Positions 59,651-64,000 of a stretch of DNA of 64,000 nt are shown here, piece after piece (position 1 is the first letter of the stretch; every line of letters starts with the position of its first letter). The DNA lies in contig MU054338.1 in assembly GCA_013239625.1 (NCBI GenBank), forward strand, positions 1,118,001 to 1,182,000, given 5' to 3'. The notes under the pieces are model-generated. The model was not told the origin of the DNA. It did no database searches and worked only from the letters and a program-made list of their open reading frames with translations. This stretch comes from Lama guanicoe (taxonomy: Eukaryota). The position numbers were made by a program, and so were the translations under genes.

Positions 59651-62600
59651 GACCCTGCGACCGCACTGCTCCTCCAGCCTCCATTGACCCCCACACTCTA
59701 GACCCCAAGCCCTCATCCCTTTTCCCCTGCACTCCAGACCTTGCTGCCGCTAGTGACCCCCAAATTCAGTCTCTGTCACCTTTCACCCCCGCTGATTCCT
59801 AAGCTGCAGACCTCACTGTTCCACTGGTTTCTCACTCCAGACTCTGCCGTCTCCCACTGTTACTCCAGATCTGTGTCCCCCACTGTCTTCTCACTACAGA
59901 CGTTGTTATCCCCACTGTCCCCTCTTCAGCCCCACTCCACCTCCCTCCTTCAGCGTCCCCAAGTGTTGAAGCCCACTGTCCACTCTTTTGTGTCCTCTCA
60001 CTCCTCCAGCTTTCTCCCCTGGACCCGTTGCTCCTCCCCACGCTGGTTGCACAGACTCTCCCCTTTGTGGTCCTGCCCGTTTTGTCCAGGGAGCTGCGGG
60101 CAGGGAAGAGGAACAGCAAGAGGGTGTCTGGTCTGGGGAACCTGTTGTGGATGCTGCTCAGGAACTCCCGGCGCGCTTGGCCTGGCTGCGCCTCCCTCTT
60201 CCGCCCTCGCCACCGGCTTTGTTTTCCGGAAACACTTTAGATCAGGGAGGGGGATGCAACGTCTGTGTGCCCGGACACACTGATCCCCTCCCTGACCTGC
60301 CGAGGGACGGCGCTTCCCCTGCCCTCGCTGCCCCAGTTTTCTCAGGGGAAGCTTTCACGTTCGGAGCTGCAGGCCTGAGAGAAAGCCCTGCCATGACATC
60401 CAGGGCGTCGTCGTGGGCAGACTTTGGGCAGCTGGGTTATTCCCTTGGCCTCCGGATGGCATTGTTTGCAGGAAACAGCCTGGAGGGTTCCGTGCCCGTA
60501 GGTGGAGTCCAGCATTTTCTCCCCAACCCCCTCCACGGAGGGACCCCAGGCCTGGCCAGTGTCTGGGACTCTGGGGGTTTCTGTACATCCATTCTTTGGG
60601 ACTTCTGGGGCTCTGTCCCTGCCCCTGGGGACATGGACAGACTCAGGTGGCATTTCCCAGTTCCTGGGGGCTCCTGTAGCTTGTGGGTGTGAGAAATGGG
60701 TGGGAAAGCGCAAAGGCTCTGATCTCTGGGTGAAAACTATCTGCCTGGGGGTTGCTCCGATGGGGGGGGTGCTGGGGAGGTGGAGGCGGCCTCTGAGAAC
60801 AGATTGCGAGCTGGGCCGCAGGTTTGAAAGGGGGAAGTTTGTGGTTATAGCCAGGAGTTTGTTTTTATCTGCTGTGTCTCCACCAAATTGTGGCTTCTCT
60901 GGGCTCTGCAGGCTGACGAACAGGCAGGTGGGCAGGGGCTGGCTGGAGGGCCCCAGGAGCACACACAGGCCTGCACGTGTCGGTCTCCCTGTCTTCAGGG
61001 CCCCAGATGTTTAGTTCAACCCCTGTGGTGCTGTCTGTGGCCCTGTCTCTGAGGCTGAGCTGGGGGTCCAGTGGAGGGGGGCACCTCCTGGGCTAGGGGG
61101 CTAGTTGTGCCTGCTGTACTTGGTAGTGGAGGTGTGACCCAGGTGACTGGCACAAGGGAGATGTGGAGGGAGCTGGCTGGGCCCCCACCGCAGCGGTGGG
61201 CCAATCCCCTGCGGTCCGCAGTGGTCACTGTGCACGAGTTTGGTTTTTCTGTCCGCAGTCTGACCTTGTATAAAGCGGCCTCTTGTCCGATGTCAGGTTT
61301 TCTAGTTTCTCTGAAGTGGCTCGAGGACAGGCGCCTCGTTACCGGGCTGAGCTGTGGCAGCAGGGCCCTGCGCACACAGAGCCCTTGAGCTGCCGGTCTT
61401 GTTCCACCTGGACCTTCTTGTCTTCTAGTCACATGGTGACTGCTCTGGCTTGCCAGAGGAAGCAGGTGAGCTGTTTGTTTGTTTTGTTTTTAAACTGAAA
61501 GTCTCCTTATCTGCTCATCCCAGTTGTGGGGAAGTCAGCCACAGAGGCGGTCCAGACAGCTGTGGGGCCACCTGTGTCCTTGGAGATTTACGTACTGGTG
61601 TGTCTGAGCAAGCACTCAGGACAGGCCCAGTCCCCACGGCTGTACCTGGAGACAATGGCATGTCCCCTGGACTTCAAGGGACACCCAGTAAGGCCTCGTT
61701 CTGCGGAGCTGCCCCAGGCCCCCCGAGAGCAGCAGGTTTCTGGTGGTTGTGGTGGGGCTGGGTTTCTGTCTTGGCAGAAAGTTTCTGGCCCCTGCCCCCC
61801 ACCGAGGTCCACGGAGGCCCTAGCAGGCGGCGGCAAAGGGCCAAGGAGGTTACTGGGTGTGGGATGTCGTGGCCAGGGGCACCAGCCTGCAAGCCCAGGT
61901 GTCAGTGGGTGAGTCAGCGTGGTGGTTGGCCGCCTTTGTTTTAATCCTGAGGGGTAGACAGGCCCTTGTGAAGCGGCCTTGCCTGCTGGTTAGTGTCATG
62001 GGCACTGCTGGTGTCTGGCCGGGACCGTCACATCTGATGGGGACCCTGCTGTTGTCTTCCAGGCAGGGGGTCAAGGAAAGGGACCTGGTGGTGTGGGAGG
62101 GCCCCTCCTCCGGTGGCTCCGCATCCACCTCTCCCTCCCCATGCAGGAGCTTTGGAGAGCCTGTGCTGGGTGACCCCCAAGTCCTCATCCTGTAGAAGCG
62201 GAAGTGAGGCCTGAGTGACCTCCAGTAGGAGGCCCTGGGCTCTGACGAGGCCAGCTACATACCTATGCTCCTGGGAACCTCCGTGCCCCCTGGGCGCCAC
62301 CAGGCTCCTCTGGACCCGGAAGGGGCTGTGGGCTCCTGTCTCCTCCCGTCTCCTGGGCCCCTCTCCCTCCTGCCCCGTCTCCCACGTGAGCTTTGGGTCC
62401 AGGCTGCGCTGGCACTGGCCCTGCGGTGTGGGGGTCCACAGGAGGGTTGGTGGGACTCTCAGAGAGGTCAGTTGGTGGTGGCACGTCTTTTGCTTGCTGG
62501 GAACCCCACGTGTGCCCCTGTACACAGGACGGTGCCTGGATCTGGGCCCCCTGCTACCACACGGCCCTTCCTATGAGTTCCTTTCAGCCAGTGTCAGAAG

Positions 62601-64000
62601 TTGGGTTACCTGGTGCAACAGACCCTTGATGGATGTTCTGCCCTTGGCTTCTGTCTGTGTAAATCTCAACGCGGGGGTGAGTTCCTCACTGCGCCTTGGG
62701 AGACGGAAGCCCACAGACCGTGTAGGGTGCGAGGAGGTTCCCAGTGAGTGAAGGGGCTGGGGGTCTGCTTGGGCCTGGCTGGCAGGTGGCACCCCTGTAG
62801 AGCCTGCAGGGTGGGACTCCTCTCCCGCCAGCAGGAGGGGTGGAGAACTGCCTGGAGTCCTCTTGCTGGCTCAGAGCCTCCCCTGCCGGCCGTGGGCAGG
62901 GGACCCAGATGCCTGATCCAGTCCCAGGTCACTCCGGGTCCCGGTGGGGTTGCTGTTGGTAAACATAGATGCCTGTTGTTACGTGTTTTGACTTCACGTG
63001 GATCTGTGATGCATCTTAAGAGTCTTAGAAAGCTGTGCTTGAAGCTAACGCCTCCGTTGTCTGGACTCCCCCACCACCCCGAGTGAGGCGCAGCCCCGCC
63101 CTGGGGTGACTCCCCAGCCCAGAGGCCAGGCTGCTCTTCCCACTGAGGATGTGGGACTCGCAGCTTCCCTAGGACCCCGTTTCAGAGTAACCCCGCAGTG
63201 GGGAGCACTGGTGGTTCTCCCCCAGGACTGTGCCCATCATGGAGTCTCTGCTCGTTGTGGTCCCAAGGCCATGCTGGTGGGTGCATGTCAGGGCTCCACT
63301 GGGTGTCCAATAGGTGACCCAGCTGGAACCTCAGGGCAGCTGGGCAGGGAGTGGGCCGAGTGGAACTCCGGGGCCAGCCGGTGGCTCGGAGCCTGTCTAG
63401 AGGCCTGGGACCGTGGGGGCCATAGACCCCTCCCTCAGATCTGCTGCTGCCTGTGGAATCTTCCCGTGAGGGGCTGGGGGCATTTTAGTTTCCAGGATTC
63501 ACCTGCGTGCTTCAGGGATTAATAATTCCAGGCAGAGAATTCTGGAAAGTCCAGGGGCTTTGGGGAGAGATGGGGGCGGTGCCTGGGGCGCGGATACCTG
63601 AGGCATCCTTCCTCACTGCTTCTAGAAATGGCCTTGGGTGTAATTCTGTCTTTACGGAAACACTACCGCGCGCTGTGCCAGGCCGTGCTGCGTCTTGGGG
63701 GGCATCTGCAGAGCCGGGCTGGCTGCGCAGCCACCCCTGGGGGAGTTGGGCACAAGCAGGGGACCCCTTGGCCTGCCCACCCCAGTCCTGGCCACTGCCT
63801 TTCCCCTGCAGCTGTAGCTGCGGGTCTGGCAGCACTCACGTTAGGGTCCAGACCCAGGCTCTCCCCTTGGCGCTGTGGGCATTGGTGCCAGGTTGTTCTC
63901 TGGAGCAGCCCCAGTTGTGACAACCACCGATGTCCCAGACCTTGCCCAGTGTTCGCCCCGGGTGAGCCCCCTCTCACCCAGATTTCCCACCCATGTGGGT

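Noticed and set aside
58610..59694. 306- and 359-aa minus-strand ORFs in the CpG island
   Set aside because: Stop-codon depletion in extremely GC-rich DNA; no coding signature.
1..64000. CRISPR arrays, operons or other prokaryote-type systems
   Set aside because: The window is spliced mammalian DNA; no regularly spaced repeat-spacer array was seen.

Overview
GC-rich mammalian genomic DNA, most likely a camelid (it carries many copies of a tRNA-derived SINE resembling Vic-1), with the gene order of human 19p13.3. Left to right: KLF16 exon 1 and promoter (minus strand; apparent ~80-nt frameshifting deletion near a 352-bp assembly gap), a second CpG-island promoter at ~11.2-11.8 kb, complete ABHD17A (minus, 4 coding exons, 310 aa), a repeat-rich intergenic block with an orphan promoter-like CpG island at ~29.3-29.7 kb, complete SCAMP4 (plus, 6 coding exons, 230 aa) with single-coding-exon ADAT3 (351 aa) nested in its first intron, and the promoter and non-coding first exon of what synteny suggests is CSNK1G2. 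Gene names and repeat family names come from my recall of the sequences, not from a database search. Almost all other ORFs in the track are GC-content artefacts. I see no convincing novel protein-coding system. The best leads are two orphan promoters, homogenised GC-enriched copies of ancient repeats inside SCAMP4, a composite SINE insertion, the out-of-frame ADAT3 upstream ATG and the KLF16 lesion.
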